A stretch of 33,045 bases of DNA from IMG/VR virus record IMGVR_UViG_3300045988_036764, positions 1-33,045 of that record. One strand, given 5' to 3'. Positions within the stretch are counted from its first letter, which is position 1, and each line of letters begins with the position of its first letter. Origin of the DNA: a virus. A program made the translations under genes and the position numbers. The notes under the pieces are model-generated. The model had not been told where the DNA came from. It was given only the letters and a program-made list of their open reading frames with translations, and ran no database searches. Shown piece after piece: positions 6,565-14,766 of the stretch.

Positions 6565-6745
6565 AAACCGCAGCAGATGTAGCATATGTGATGCGTGCAA
6601 TAAAAAAAGCCGTGCCTACATACACTGTAGACAGGCTAAAGGAATTATATGTATGGAACATTGCGATGCATGCCAATATTTAGAGATTGAACAAGGCGAC
6701 ATGCATTGCAATTATCCTAGGCAAAAAGAAAAGGCCACTAATTAA
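6557..6745 (+). CDS. Small Cys-rich (zinc-finger-like) protein
   Basis: Cys pairs in CSICDACNKK...CRQ...CMEHCDACQY...HC. Its start overlaps the previous stop. Confidence 0.5.
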   Translation: MSKNRSRCSICDACNKKSRAYIHCRQAKGIICMEHCDACQYLEIEQGDMHCNYPRQKEKATN

Positions 6746-6762
6746 AGTAGCCTAATCAAGCA

Positions 6763-6894
6763 CGTAATTACGCACCAAACCTAACGTAATTATATCACAC
6801 ATGGGCATGAAAGACTAGAGAAAAGCTTATTTCAAGGCTTTTCTTATTAACTAGATATAACATATTAACAAATCAACCATGGGGAGTAATTACG
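6763..6894. promoter_or_regulatory. Candidate replication origin / Rep-binding region
   Basis: Perfect palindrome CGTAATTACG at 6763-6772. Related copies ACGTAATTAT at 6784-6793 and GTAATTACG at 6886-6894, the latter abutting the rep ATG. Hairpin GAAAAGC..GCTTTTC at about 6820-6843. Confidence 0.35.
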
Positions 6895-7692
6895 ATGAGG
6901 AAGCGTAAGAAGGTCATATCTAAAAACATGATAGAGGTACTTGATTATCACACATCAAGAACTTATAGAAAGAATGGGAAGCGTGTAAAAAAGAAAAACA
7001 TCACACCAGAAGCCGTGAAAAAGCAAAATGAAAAACAAGCGGAAGCAATGCTGCGTATGTTGATTGATAATAACTTCACTACAAATGATTGTTACATCAC
7101 ACTCACATATAAAGAACAGCCTGCAACATGGGACGATGCAAAGAAAGATATTCAGAATTTTATAAGACGGCTTAAACGTAGATATAAAAAACTGGATAAA
7201 GAATTGAAATACATTTACATAGCGGAAGGGAAAACAAGAATACATTTCCACATGATCATCAACAATGCAGAACTATATTCAGATGAGTTGAATGAACTTT
7301 GGCCACATGGCATGCATAAGTTGATGTTGTATCAAGGAAGGGCAGAAGATGCAGTGAGATTAGCAAGCTACTTTGTAAAAGAAAAACGGAGTGCATGTTA
7401 TTCAGATAAAGAGGATGCATTTAAGCGCAGGTGGAACAGTAGCAAGAATTTAGAAAAACCAAAAGTAAAAACAGAAATATTGAAGCCAAGCGAATGGAGA
7501 GATTACATCCAACCGCCAAAAGGCTATTACGTGGAAACAGACAGTGTAGTTGAAGATGTATCTGATGAAGGTTATCCTTATAGATTTTACAGATTAATAA
7601 GAATTGAGGAGGTAAAACATGGCACTACTAGGAATAGGAGTTGTAGTAGGGGTAATGCTAGGGGTATCAATCATGGCATTATGCGTAATTAG
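6895..7692 (+). CDS. HUH-superfamily rolling-circle replication initiator (Rep)
   Basis: Three ordered motifs with about 45-aa spacing. Motif I is CYITLTY. Motif II is RIHFHMIIN (H-hydrophobic-H). Motif III is LASYFVKEK (Y-x-x-K). Confidence 0.7.
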   Translation: MRKRKKVISKNMIEVLDYHTSRTYRKNGKRVKKKNITPEAVKKQNEKQAEAMLRMLIDNNFTTNDCYITLTYKEQPATWDDAKKDIQNFIRRLKRRYKKLDKELKYIYIAEGKTRIHFHMIINNAELYSDELNELWPHGMHKLMLYQGRAEDAVRLASYFVKEKRSACYSDKEDAFKRRWNSSKNLEKPKVKTEILKPSEWRDYIQPPKGYYVETDSVVEDVSDEGYPYRFYRLIRIEEVKHGTTRNRSCSRGNARGINHGIMRN

Positions 7693-7741
7693 TAAAGAAT
7701 GTGAGAAATGGGAGGATGAAGTAAGTGATAAACGTAAATGA
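7619..7741 (+). CDS. Small single-TM protein (40 aa), not in the ORF track
   Basis: ATG lies 6 nt after GAGGAGG. Translation: MALLGIGVVVGVMLGVSIMALCVISKECEKWEDEVSDKRK. It overlaps the rep 3' end and the ssb start. Confidence 0.5.
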   Translation: MALLGIGVVVGVMLGVSIMALCVISKECEKWEDEVSDKRK

Positions 7742-8093
7742 AGTATTTTTGAGCGGTAACGTAGTAGCAGATGCAGAACTACGATACACAAAAACTGGAA
7801 AGCCAGTACTTACATTTAGAATGGCAACAAATAAATATGTGAATGAGCAACAGAGTACACAATATCACAACATTGTATGCTGGGTTGATGCGGAAAAATA
7901 CAGTGGATTAAAGAAAGGTGATTTTGTATCAGTAAATGGTGAACTAAGAACTAGATCATATGAAAAAGACGGAGGGAAAAGATACATTACAGAGATTGTG
8001 GCCAAAGTCCTTACATATGGATTGAAAGAAAATGAAAGTACATCAAATTTTGAAAATGGGTTTGTAGACGATGATGAGCCCATTCCATTCTAG
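7725..8093 (+). CDS. ssb: Single-stranded DNA-binding protein
   Basis: OB-fold start INVNEVFLSGNVVADAELRYTKTGKPVLTFRMA, plus the hallmark acidic tail DDDEPIPF. GTG start follows GGGAGGA. Confidence 0.9.
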   Translation: MINVNEVFLSGNVVADAELRYTKTGKPVLTFRMATNKYVNEQQSTQYHNIVCWVDAEKYSGLKKGDFVSVNGELRTRSYEKDGGKRYITEIVAKVLTYGLKENESTSNFENGFVDDDEPIPF

Positions 8094-8103
8094 GAGGTAA
8101 TAA

Positions 8104-8310
8104 ATGCGAAGAGGTAGACCAAGAAAGATATGTAGCCACTCATTTGGGCCAGCAAAAAGCGGTGCGCTATGGGTAAAAACATCATGCCCCAAAGGGAAAA
8201 CATCAATTAAAGTATTCAAAGGCAAAACAGCAGGCACTTTATATTGGCTGAAAAAAGAAGAATGTGAAGATTGCCCTGCATATAGTCCTACAAAGGTTTA
8301 TGCAAAATAG
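8104..8310 (+). CDS. Small basic protein (RGRPRK AT-hook-like N-terminus)
   Basis: SD AGGAGGT lies upstream. Translation begins MRRGRPRKIC... and contains 4 Cys. Confidence 0.55.
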   Translation: MRRGRPRKICSHSFGPAKSGALWVKTSCPKGKTSIKVFKGKTAGTLYWLKKEECEDCPAYSPTKVYAK

Positions 8311-8321
8311 GAGGGAACAAC

Positions 8322-8585
8322 ATGAAAAGCACAAGCATGGCAGGTGTACCGATGAATTGCATAAATTGGCTGGCACTAGGTGCGGTAGTATACGGTGCAA
8401 TGGATAAGCGAAATGCATTAAAAGTATTGGGATTAAAGGAACAAATAAATGCAGATGTGTTACAGCCATTGATTGACAGAGGACTAAGCCAAAGAAAAAT
8501 AGCAGAAGAATTAGAAGCAAGTCAAAGCTTGATTAAAAATATTTGTAAAAAATTAGGAATTAAAACAAAACGAGGTAGAAAATAA
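8322..8585 (+). CDS. HTH DNA-binding protein
   Basis: C-terminal HTH GLSQRKIAEELEASQSLIKNICKKLGI followed by a basic tail. Its stop overlaps the ATG of the adhesin gene (TAATG). Confidence 0.6.
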   Translation: MKSTSMAGVPMNCINWLALGAVVYGAMDKRNALKVLGLKEQINADVLQPLIDRGLSQRKIAEELEASQSLIKNICKKLGIKTKRGRK

Positions 8586-10072
8586 TGAAAAAAGTAATGT
8601 TAGCAGTAATGGTATTAAGCGCAGTAGTTAATGGTGCATATGCAAATGGAACAAATAATTTAGTAGGTGGTACAGATAACACAATCACACCAGCATCTCA
8701 TAGTAGTGCAGTATTTGGTTATCAAAATAAAATTGATGCTAATAACGCAATTGCATTCGGTGAAAACAACGTGGCAAGCGGTACTAATTCCTTTGTAGGT
8801 GGTAATGATAGCAAGGCAACAGGTCGCAACTCCTTTGCATATGGTAGCCATGCAGAAGCGTTGACTGAATACACGTATGCAATTGGTAGCCAAGCTAGAA
8901 CATCAGCATATGACACTATTGCAATTGGCAATGGCGCATATGTAAGTGGTGTATCTAGCGTTGCAATTGGGCGCACAAACAATATCACTGGTGAAAATAC
9001 AGTGGTTGTAGGTGCTAATAACAAAGACATTAAAGGCAATCAATCAACTGTGATTGGCTACAATAACAAAATGGCTGGTGATATGGAACAAACTATCATT
9101 GGCGCAAATTCTGAAACTGCAGGACAGGGCTCTATGGCCATTGGGACACATACAAAGGTTACTGCAATTGATGCGGTAGGCATTGGCAATAATATTGTGG
9201 CGGATAAGCCAAATAGTGTTGCATTAGGAACAAACAGTGTAACAGACAATGCAGTTAATCAACTACAAGCAATGGTAAACAATACAACATATGTATTTGC
9301 TGGTACAGATGCAACATCTGTAGTAAGCGTAGGCAGTAAACAACGTGCAGGCTTTGGTGGAGTAAAAAATTATGTTCGCCAAGTACAGAATGTTGCAGCA
9401 GGCAGAGTAGATGCATCTTCAACTGATGCAGTAAATGGTTCACAGCTACATGCTGCATATGATGCCATTAATACAATGGGTGAAGATATTGATAAAGCAC
9501 TAGATGCACAACAACAATTCAATACTGCAGTACATAACACACTAGCAAATCATAAGGATGCAATCAAAAATAATACACAACACATTGCACAACATGATGC
9601 GGACATTGCAAATAATAAAAATGCTATTAAGGCTAATGATCGTGTATTGAAAAATCATGAAGAGCGCATTGATAAGTTAGAGCATCAAGCAAGCAATACA
9701 TTAACAAATTTAAAATCAGACATTAAGCAATTAGACGGACGAATTAATAAAGTGGGTGCAAGTGCAGCTGCATTAGCTGGACTACATCCAATGGAATTTA
9801 ACAAAGATGATAAATTTAGCACATCTGTAGCATATGGTCACTATAAAAATGCCAATGCAGTGGCACTAGGTGCATACTACAGACCAAATGAAAAAGTATT
9901 ACTTGGCATTGCAGGTACATTTGGCAGTGAAAACATGTACAACGTAAGCGCATCTTTCAAATTTGGCAAACATAGTGAATATGAACCACAAGCGAAACGT
10001 GACGGAGAAATTGAAGCTATGAAAGCACAAATTGCAGAATTAACAGCAAGACTTGATGCGGTAAGCAAATAA
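8585..10072 (+). CDS. Trimeric autotransporter adhesin (YadA-like, type Vc)
   Basis: Signal peptide MKKVMLAVMVLSAVVNGAYA. About 200 aa of Hep_Hag-type head repeats (NSFVGGNDSKATGRNSFAYGSHAEA, SVAIGRTNNITGENTVVVGANN...). Neck motif VVSVGS...RQVQNVAAGRVDASSTDAVNGSQLHA. Coiled-coil stalk. YadA-type anchor GASAAALAGLHP...AVALGAYYRPNEKVLLGIAGTFG...NVSASFKFG. A roughly 30-aa coiled-coil tail follows the anchor. Confidence 0.9.
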   Translation: MKKVMLAVMVLSAVVNGAYANGTNNLVGGTDNTITPASHSSAVFGYQNKIDANNAIAFGENNVASGTNSFVGGNDSKATGRNSFAYGSHAEALTEYTYAIGSQARTSAYDTIAIGNGAYVSGVSSVAIGRTNNITGENTVVVGANNKDIKGNQSTVIGYNNKMAGDMEQTIIGANSETAGQGSMAIGTHTKVTAIDAVGIGNNIVADKPNSVALGTNSVTDNAVNQLQAMVNNTTYVFAGTDATSVVSVGSKQRAGFGGVKNYVRQVQNVAAGRVDASSTDAVNGSQLHAAYDAINTMGEDIDKALDAQQQFNTAVHNTLANHKDAIKNNTQHIAQHDADIANNKNAIKANDRVLKNHEERIDKLEHQASNTLTNLKSDIKQLDGRINKVGASAAALAGLHPMEFNKDDKFSTSVAYGHYKNANAVALGAYYRPNEKVLLGIAGTFGSENMYNVSASFKFGKHSEYEPQAKRDGEIEAMKAQIAELTARLDAVSK

Positions 10073-10079
10073 AATAGGT

Positions 10080-10096
10080 GGGCGGTATATCCGCCC
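10080..10096 (+). terminator. GC-rich hairpin after the adhesin gene (weak U-tract)
   Basis: GGGCGG-tatat-CCGCCC lies 8 nt after the stop codon and is followed by TTACC. Confidence 0.45.
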
Positions 10097-10121
10097 TTAC
10101 CTAAAACTAGGGGGCAAAGTT

Positions 10122-10895
10122 ATGAACCATGTAACAACACTATTTAATAGTAATGAGTTTGGGGAACTAAGAACTATCATTATTGAAAATGAAGTGTACT
10201 TTGTGGCCAAGAGCGTAGCAACTGCACTTGGATATAAAGATACTGCAGATGCAATCAGAAAACATATTGATGAAGAAGATAAGCTGCGTTGGCAAATTGC
10301 CGACACAGGCCAAAAGAGGGAGACATATTTAATCAATGAGTCTGGACTATATTCATTGATATTGAAATCAAAGATGCCAAGTGCGAAGAAATTTAAACGC
10401 TGGGTAACTAGCGAAGTACTTCCACAAATTAGAAAAACAGGAAGCTATGATCTACATATTCCAAAGACATTACCAGAAGCATTGAGATTGTATGCAGATG
10501 AAGTAGAAGCACATAACCAATCAAAGGCAATTATTGAGCAACAGAAACAACAAATAGCGGAATATGAGCCAAAGGTTGACTATGTGGATAAAATACTAAG
10601 CAGTACAAATGCAATGACAGTAACACAGATTGCTGCAGACTATGGATTAAGTGCTAAAGCATTAAACAAGATACTACATGATGCACACATTCAACGCAGC
10701 GTAAATGGGCAATGGATTTTGTATAGTGACTTAATGCGTAAGGGATACACAAAGACTAAGACACACACATATATGACTACAGACGGAAGATTGGAGTGCA
10801 AAGCATCTACACGCTGGACACAAAAAGGAAGATTGATGATACACGAGTTACTAAAGAAGCTGGGCATCAATGCAGTGTGTGAGGAGGTAGCATGA
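10122..10895 (+). CDS. Phage antirepressor, Bro-N domain + KilAC domain
   Basis: Bro-N region: FGELRTIIIENEVYFVAKSVATALGYKDTADAIRKHIDEEDK...ESGLYSLILKSKMPSAKKFKRWVTSEVLPQIRKTG. KilAC-like region: VDYVDKILSSTNAMTVTQIAADYGLSAKALNKIL. Confidence 0.9.
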   Translation: MNHVTTLFNSNEFGELRTIIIENEVYFVAKSVATALGYKDTADAIRKHIDEEDKLRWQIADTGQKRETYLINESGLYSLILKSKMPSAKKFKRWVTSEVLPQIRKTGSYDLHIPKTLPEALRLYADEVEAHNQSKAIIEQQKQQIAEYEPKVDYVDKILSSTNAMTVTQIAADYGLSAKALNKILHDAHIQRSVNGQWILYSDLMRKGYTKTKTHTYMTTDGRLECKASTRWTQKGRLMIHELLKKLGINAVCEEVA

Positions 10896-11311
10896 AGCCA
10901 TTAGTATATAAAGGCCTAAGAAAGAACTTAAACAGGTCAGAATGGGTAAGCAGTGATGAAATAAAGCAAAGCTACTCACAAATAAGGCTATTAGCAGTAG
11001 AAAATGACACCTATGCATGGGTACCAATTGAGGACGGAACACTATGCAGAGGAAGCGAAGCAAAAGACACGCTAGGGAAAAGAATATACGAAAAGGACCA
11101 TATAGAGTTTGATTGCAAATCAATACAAGATACACCAATGGTAGGGGAAGTATATTACAGCGTGGATAAATACCAATGGAGATGCAAGGCAATTAACCAG
11201 CAGGACACAACACAACATGATGCGGTATTAGATTTTGACTTAGCATTTGTATTGAACAATGGGAAAGTAAAAGTAATAGGCAATAGATTAGAGGGATATG
11301 AGCATGAATGA
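10892..11311 (+). CDS. YopX-like protein
   Basis: LGKRIYEKDHIEF...MVGEVYY...VKVIGNRLEGYE resembles the YopX pattern (GK.IYEGD...G.V......IGNI.EN.EL). Confidence 0.5.
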   Translation: MKPLVYKGLRKNLNRSEWVSSDEIKQSYSQIRLLAVENDTYAWVPIEDGTLCRGSEAKDTLGKRIYEKDHIEFDCKSIQDTPMVGEVYYSVDKYQWRCKAINQQDTTQHDAVLDFDLAFVLNNGKVKVIGNRLEGYEHE

Positions 11312-11528
11312 CAGATATAGAAATGTATGCAAAGCACATGATCATATTGTAAAAGGGCGCTCAAAAGAAGTTAGAAAAGTGTTCATCCCACATTGGGGTT
11401 ATGTATTCATATCATCTGATGCATTGATAAAGGCAAGAATAAGAAGAGATGAATTAAAGGAAAACAAAGCATTTAATCAATGGGCGAGGAGTTATTATGA
11501 AACCACCATGCAGGGAGTGCCAATTTAG
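11298..11528 (+). CDS. Hypothetical protein (76 aa)
   Basis: ORF in operon context. No motif recognised. Confidence 0.5.
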   Translation: MSMNDRYRNVCKAHDHIVKGRSKEVRKVFIPHWGYVFISSDALIKARIRRDELKENKAFNQWARSYYETTMQGVPI

Positions 11529-11706
11529 AGAAGTAGGATGCCACAGTAAATGTGAAAGCTATATTCAATGGAGAGCGCAACTAGATAAATATAACGAACA
11601 GAAGAACATGCAAGGAGATGCCTATAAATATATTGGGGATAACGTAAGAACCATTAGGCACAGAATGAGAAAGATAAAAGGATATAGCTGCACTGTGAGG
11701 GATTAA
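11497..11706 (+). CDS. Small Cys-rich protein
   Basis: PCRECQFREVGCHSKCESY (CxxC...CxxxC). SD GAGGAG lies upstream. Confidence 0.55.
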   Translation: MKPPCRECQFREVGCHSKCESYIQWRAQLDKYNEQKNMQGDAYKYIGDNVRTIRHRMRKIKGYSCTVRD

Positions 11707-11709
11707 GAA

Positions 11710-12057
11710 ATGAAGTTAGATTTATGGGTAAGGCTAAATATAACAATGGCTGATGATAGCAAGGTAAGTGGCTGGACACAGATATATGGAAAACATGAGT
11801 TAGCCATGTATAAAAAACCTTTCAAAGAATTAAAGCCTATTGTAAGTGATCACATAGAAAAAATGAACTGGCTAACTATTTGTAATAGGCGGTACGAAAC
11901 AAACCAAGTAATAGAAATTAATACAAGCAAGATAAAGCGGTATGTAATAAAAGAGTGCGTGCAACCATGTGAAAATAACGAAGAATGGGAATATGCTAGG
12001 AAATGGTACAGAGAATATAAACAAAAAGAACGTGAAAACGTTCAGAAAATAAGCTAG
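11710..12057 (+). CDS. Hypothetical protein (115 aa)
   Basis: SD GAGGGA lies upstream. No motif recognised. Confidence 0.55.
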   Translation: MKLDLWVRLNITMADDSKVSGWTQIYGKHELAMYKKPFKELKPIVSDHIEKMNWLTICNRRYETNQVIEINTSKIKRYVIKECVQPCENNEEWEYARKWYREYKQKERENVQKIS

Positions 12058-12068
12058 GAGAATATGAA

Positions 12069-12365
12069 ATGCAAAGAAAGTGTCATAGATGTGATAGGTT
12101 ATTTACACCAGATAGCCATAGCTCATGGTGTCCAGATTGTAGAGCAGGCAAACCAGTAAAGCCTAGAAAGACAAAGGAACAAATAGAGCTAGAGCGCCTT
12201 GAACGATTAGAGAAAGAATTTAAATACACAAGATACTGTATACAGTGTGGAAAGAAGTTCTATACAAATGATACACGTAAGGTAATATGCGGTGATTGGG
12301 AATGTGAAGAAAAACAAAGATTTGAACTTCGAAGAGCAAACTGTAGGAAAGGAAAACAAAAATGA
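12069..12365 (+). CDS. Double zinc-ribbon-like protein
   Basis: CHRC...CPDC and CIQC...C..WEC pairs, with a basic linker. Confidence 0.55.
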   Translation: MQRKCHRCDRLFTPDSHSSWCPDCRAGKPVKPRKTKEQIELERLERLEKEFKYTRYCIQCGKKFYTNDTRKVICGDWECEEKQRFELRRANCRKGKQK

Positions 12366-12859
12366 GGATACTAAGCATTGGGTTTGGGGATAAAAAGAAA
12401 GTAAAGTATGAGAAAGCAAATAATGCTGGTATTACTGAAACATATCAATTAAGTACGGAGGACGATTTCAGACCAGAGATATTAGAACCATATGTAAATG
12501 CAAGAGCATTAGTATTTGAAGTGTTTAAAGTATTTAAGCTATTTGAAGAAGAGTGGATGAAGATTAAATCCATTAGTTTTAAATGGCATAAAGAAATGCC
12601 TAAAGTTATTACAGAAGTAAAGTATGTGCTTTTAATAACAAACAAAAAAGGGGATGAATGTACAATTAGCACTTCATGGCTTCCAGTAGAAGAGGAAACA
12701 CAAGATAAACTAATTCCATTAGTAGAAGAAATAGAACTATTTGTAAGAGGTGCAAGAGCGCAGGGGAAACTATGGGAAGATGAATTAGACAATGATGCGG
12801 TTGAGGGTGAAACATTTCACATCAATGATCTAGTACAAGAAGGAGAAGAGGATGATTAA
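12362..12859 (+). CDS. Hypothetical acidic protein (165 aa)
   Basis: ATGA start/stop overlap. Strongly acidic C-terminus ...DELDNDAVEGETFHINDLVQEGEEDD. Confidence 0.55.
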   Translation: MRILSIGFGDKKKVKYEKANNAGITETYQLSTEDDFRPEILEPYVNARALVFEVFKVFKLFEEEWMKIKSISFKWHKEMPKVITEVKYVLLITNKKGDECTISTSWLPVEEETQDKLIPLVEEIELFVRGARAQGKLWEDELDNDAVEGETFHINDLVQEGEEDD

Positions 12860-13202
12860 AAACCAATTAATTTATGTAGCGCATCCATATGCAGGAAAGG
12901 AAGCTAATAAGTATTCCATTGATACAATTATGGAAAACTTAGTAATGCTAGATAAGAACAACACATATCTATCACCTCTTCACAATTTCAGTATGTTGTA
13001 CTTTGATACACAGTATTCAAAAGGCTTAAAAATATGTTTAGACATGTTAAATAAATGTGATGCATTAGTATTATGTGGTGAATGGGAAACATCTAAAGGC
13101 TGCATTGGTGAATGGTCATTTGCAATAGCAAAAGGGATACCAATATATACATGGAAAGAATGGACAGATAAATTAAAGGAACAGGGAGATAATAGCCGAT
13201 GA
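12852..13202 (+). CDS. Nucleoside 2-deoxyribosyltransferase-like protein (DUF4406/DUF1937-like)
   Basis: The pattern IYVAHPYAG......SPLH......CLDMLNKCDALVLCGEWETSKGCIGEWSFAIAKGIPIY fits that fold family. Confidence 0.45.
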   Translation: MIKNQLIYVAHPYAGKEANKYSIDTIMENLVMLDKNNTYLSPLHNFSMLYFDTQYSKGLKICLDMLNKCDALVLCGEWETSKGCIGEWSFAIAKGIPIYTWKEWTDKLKEQGDNSR

Positions 13203-13624
13203 CAGGAAGGGAATATTTAAATCAGATACGTGATACTGATTTGAATATCAAATGTAAGGAAAGAGAAGTGTTAAGGCTGCAACAAGATATAATGTATCTA
13301 CAAGCACTAGACTACAGTAAAGACATTGTAAGCGGAGGGCAACCAATCACATTTGAAGATAAGATAGCAAACATTGATGCACTATCAAATGAACTAATGA
13401 GGGAGTGGAGCGGTTACCTAAGAGAAAGGGAAAGAGCAAGATTTCTTATTAATGCAATATCTAGTGCCAAGCAAAAGGCGGTACTGATTGATAGATACAT
13501 TAATTGTTACACATGGGAAAAGGTAGCAGAATTAATAGGGTGTTCGGTGCAAAACATTCACAATCTGCATAAGCGTGCAATTAGAAATTTTGAAGTAATT
13601 TTTAAAAAGGTTGATAGTATTTGA
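13199..13624 (+). CDS. Sigma-70 region-4-like late gene regulator (DUF1492 / RinA-ArpU-type)
   Basis: C-terminal HTH QKAVLIDRYINCYTWEKVAELIGCSVQNIHNLHKRAIRNF. It is the last early gene before the packaging module. Confidence 0.7.
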   Translation: MTGREYLNQIRDTDLNIKCKEREVLRLQQDIMYLQALDYSKDIVSGGQPITFEDKIANIDALSNELMREWSGYLRERERARFLINAISSAKQKAVLIDRYINCYTWEKVAELIGCSVQNIHNLHKRAIRNFEVIFKKVDSI

Positions 13625-13649
13625 CTATCAATTTATGGGATACTATACG
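13621..13649 (+). promoter_or_regulatory. Candidate promoter upstream of the late operon
   Basis: TTGACT (13621-13626), a 17-nt spacer, then TATACG (13644-13649). Confidence 0.3.
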
Positions 13650-13724
13650 TGGGCATGGATGAAGAGAACACTTTCAACAAGCCTCCTAGAAAAACTACAC
13701 ACTATTAAGGACTACATCATACAC

Positions 13725-13757
13725 AGGTCGCACAACACAGTATGATGCGGTCCTTTT
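13725..13757 (+). terminator. Weak terminator-like hairpin in the late-operon leader
   Basis: GG(t)CGCA...TGCG(gt)CC followed by TTTTT. The stem is imperfect and the loop is 13 nt. Confidence 0.3.
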
Positions 13758-13777
13758 TAGTTTATAAGGGGTATTTG

Positions 13778-14071
13778 ATGAAACATAAAAGAATTACATC
13801 CAAGAAAACAATACAAGAAGTTCGCAAGCCATATTGTGAAATATGTGGACAAAGAACAAATATAGAACCACATCATATTAATACACGTGGAAGCGGTGGT
13901 GGAGATATTAAGGAGAACTTAATACAACTCTGTACACAATGCCATATCAATACACACAGTGGACAATATCCAACTAAAGATGATTGTTTAAATAAAGTAG
14001 CAGAGCGTGAAGGTATTACATATGATGAAGTATATGCAATTAATCGTAGAGCAATGGGATATGATGTATGA
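13778..14071 (+). CDS. HNH-type endonuclease (small)
   Basis: Internal ATG follows AAGGGG. The sequence CEICG...EPHHINTRGSGGGDIKENLIQLCTQCHINTH matches the HNH zinc-finger pattern. Confidence 0.65.
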   Translation: MKHKRITSKKTIQEVRKPYCEICGQRTNIEPHHINTRGSGGGDIKENLIQLCTQCHINTHSGQYPTKDDCLNKVAEREGITYDEVYAINRRAMGYDV

Positions 14072-14259
14072 CTAGAATATGTTGTGACAGAGATAGATGC
14101 CTTAATAATAAATATGGTATCTGCACTGCAGACACAATTGAATATGAAGGGATATGTCAAAGCTACATTACAACTAATGATGCAAGAAAAACTAATTGCG
14201 GATTATGTAGAAGAACACATGGAAAGTTAAAGCGTAATAGCAATAGGGTATTAAAGTAG
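14068..14259 (+). CDS. Small Cys-rich protein (DUF1540-like)
   Basis: The sequence CCDRDRCLNNKYGICTADTIEYEGIC resembles the DUF1540 pattern. Confidence 0.45.
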   Translation: MTRICCDRDRCLNNKYGICTADTIEYEGICQSYITTNDARKTNCGLCRRTHGKLKRNSNRVLK

Positions 14260-14269
14260 AGGTGATGCA

Positions 14270-14665
14270 ATGCTAAAAGCATGTAGCTATTGTGGAGGAA
14301 TACATGAAGGAGATTGTCCACATAAACCAAAACGCAACTACAAGCAGGAGCATGCAAATGCATCTGATAGCAGGAAGAAAGAACGGAAGTTCAGAAGTAG
14401 TATTGAATGGCAAGACTGCAGAAGAAATATATTAGATCGTGATAAGCATCTATGTAGACTATGCTTGCACGAAGATAATTATATTAGTGTAGGGCAACGC
14501 TTAGATGTACATCACATTGAGCCATTACATGAAGCATGGAAGAAGCGTACTGATGAAAAGAACTTGATTACATTATGTAAGATGCATCACTACAAAGCAG
14601 ACCATGGAGAATATAAGAGGGAGTACTTAAAAAAAATAATTAGCACCCCCCCTACCATAAAATAA
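14270..14665 (+). CDS. HNH endonuclease associated with the terminase
   Basis: CSYCGGIHEGDC..., WQDCRRNILDRDKHLCRLC...LDVHHIEPLHE...NLITLCKMHHYKADH. It is located directly upstream of terS. Confidence 0.85.
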   Translation: MLKACSYCGGIHEGDCPHKPKRNYKQEHANASDSRKKERKFRSSIEWQDCRRNILDRDKHLCRLCLHEDNYISVGQRLDVHHIEPLHEAWKKRTDEKNLITLCKMHHYKADHGEYKREYLKKIISTPPTIK

Positions 14666-14699
14666 ATTTTTGGCGAAAAAGTCCAAGACCGTACTGCTC

Positions 14700-14766
14700 A
14701 CCACAATTTACACAATTTTCCCTAATGGGACATGCGTGCGCACGTGAATATATATTTATTTATATT
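14700..14766. promoter_or_regulatory. Candidate cos / terminase recognition region
   Basis: Direct repeat CACAATTT at 14702 and 14711. GC-rich perfect palindrome CGTGCGCACG at 14735-14744. AT-rich tract at 14747-14766. It lies in the intergenic region between the HNH gene and terS. Confidence 0.4.

Noticed and set aside
8104-8585. Small ORF plus HTH gene as an anti-CRISPR/aca-type locus
   Set aside because: Only the generic pattern (small protein followed by an HTH) is present. There is no sequence-level support, so it is not reported as a finding.
8660-9458. Several minus-strand ORFs (63-105 aa) inside the adhesin gene
   Set aside because: They are antisense to a gene with full TAA domain architecture. 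They arise from the repetitive head-repeat sequence.
13742-13777. Upstream ATG start (13742) for the first HNH gene
   Set aside because: The first 12 codons overlap the leader hairpin and U-tract and lack an SD. The ATG at 13778 follows AAGGGG at proper spacing.
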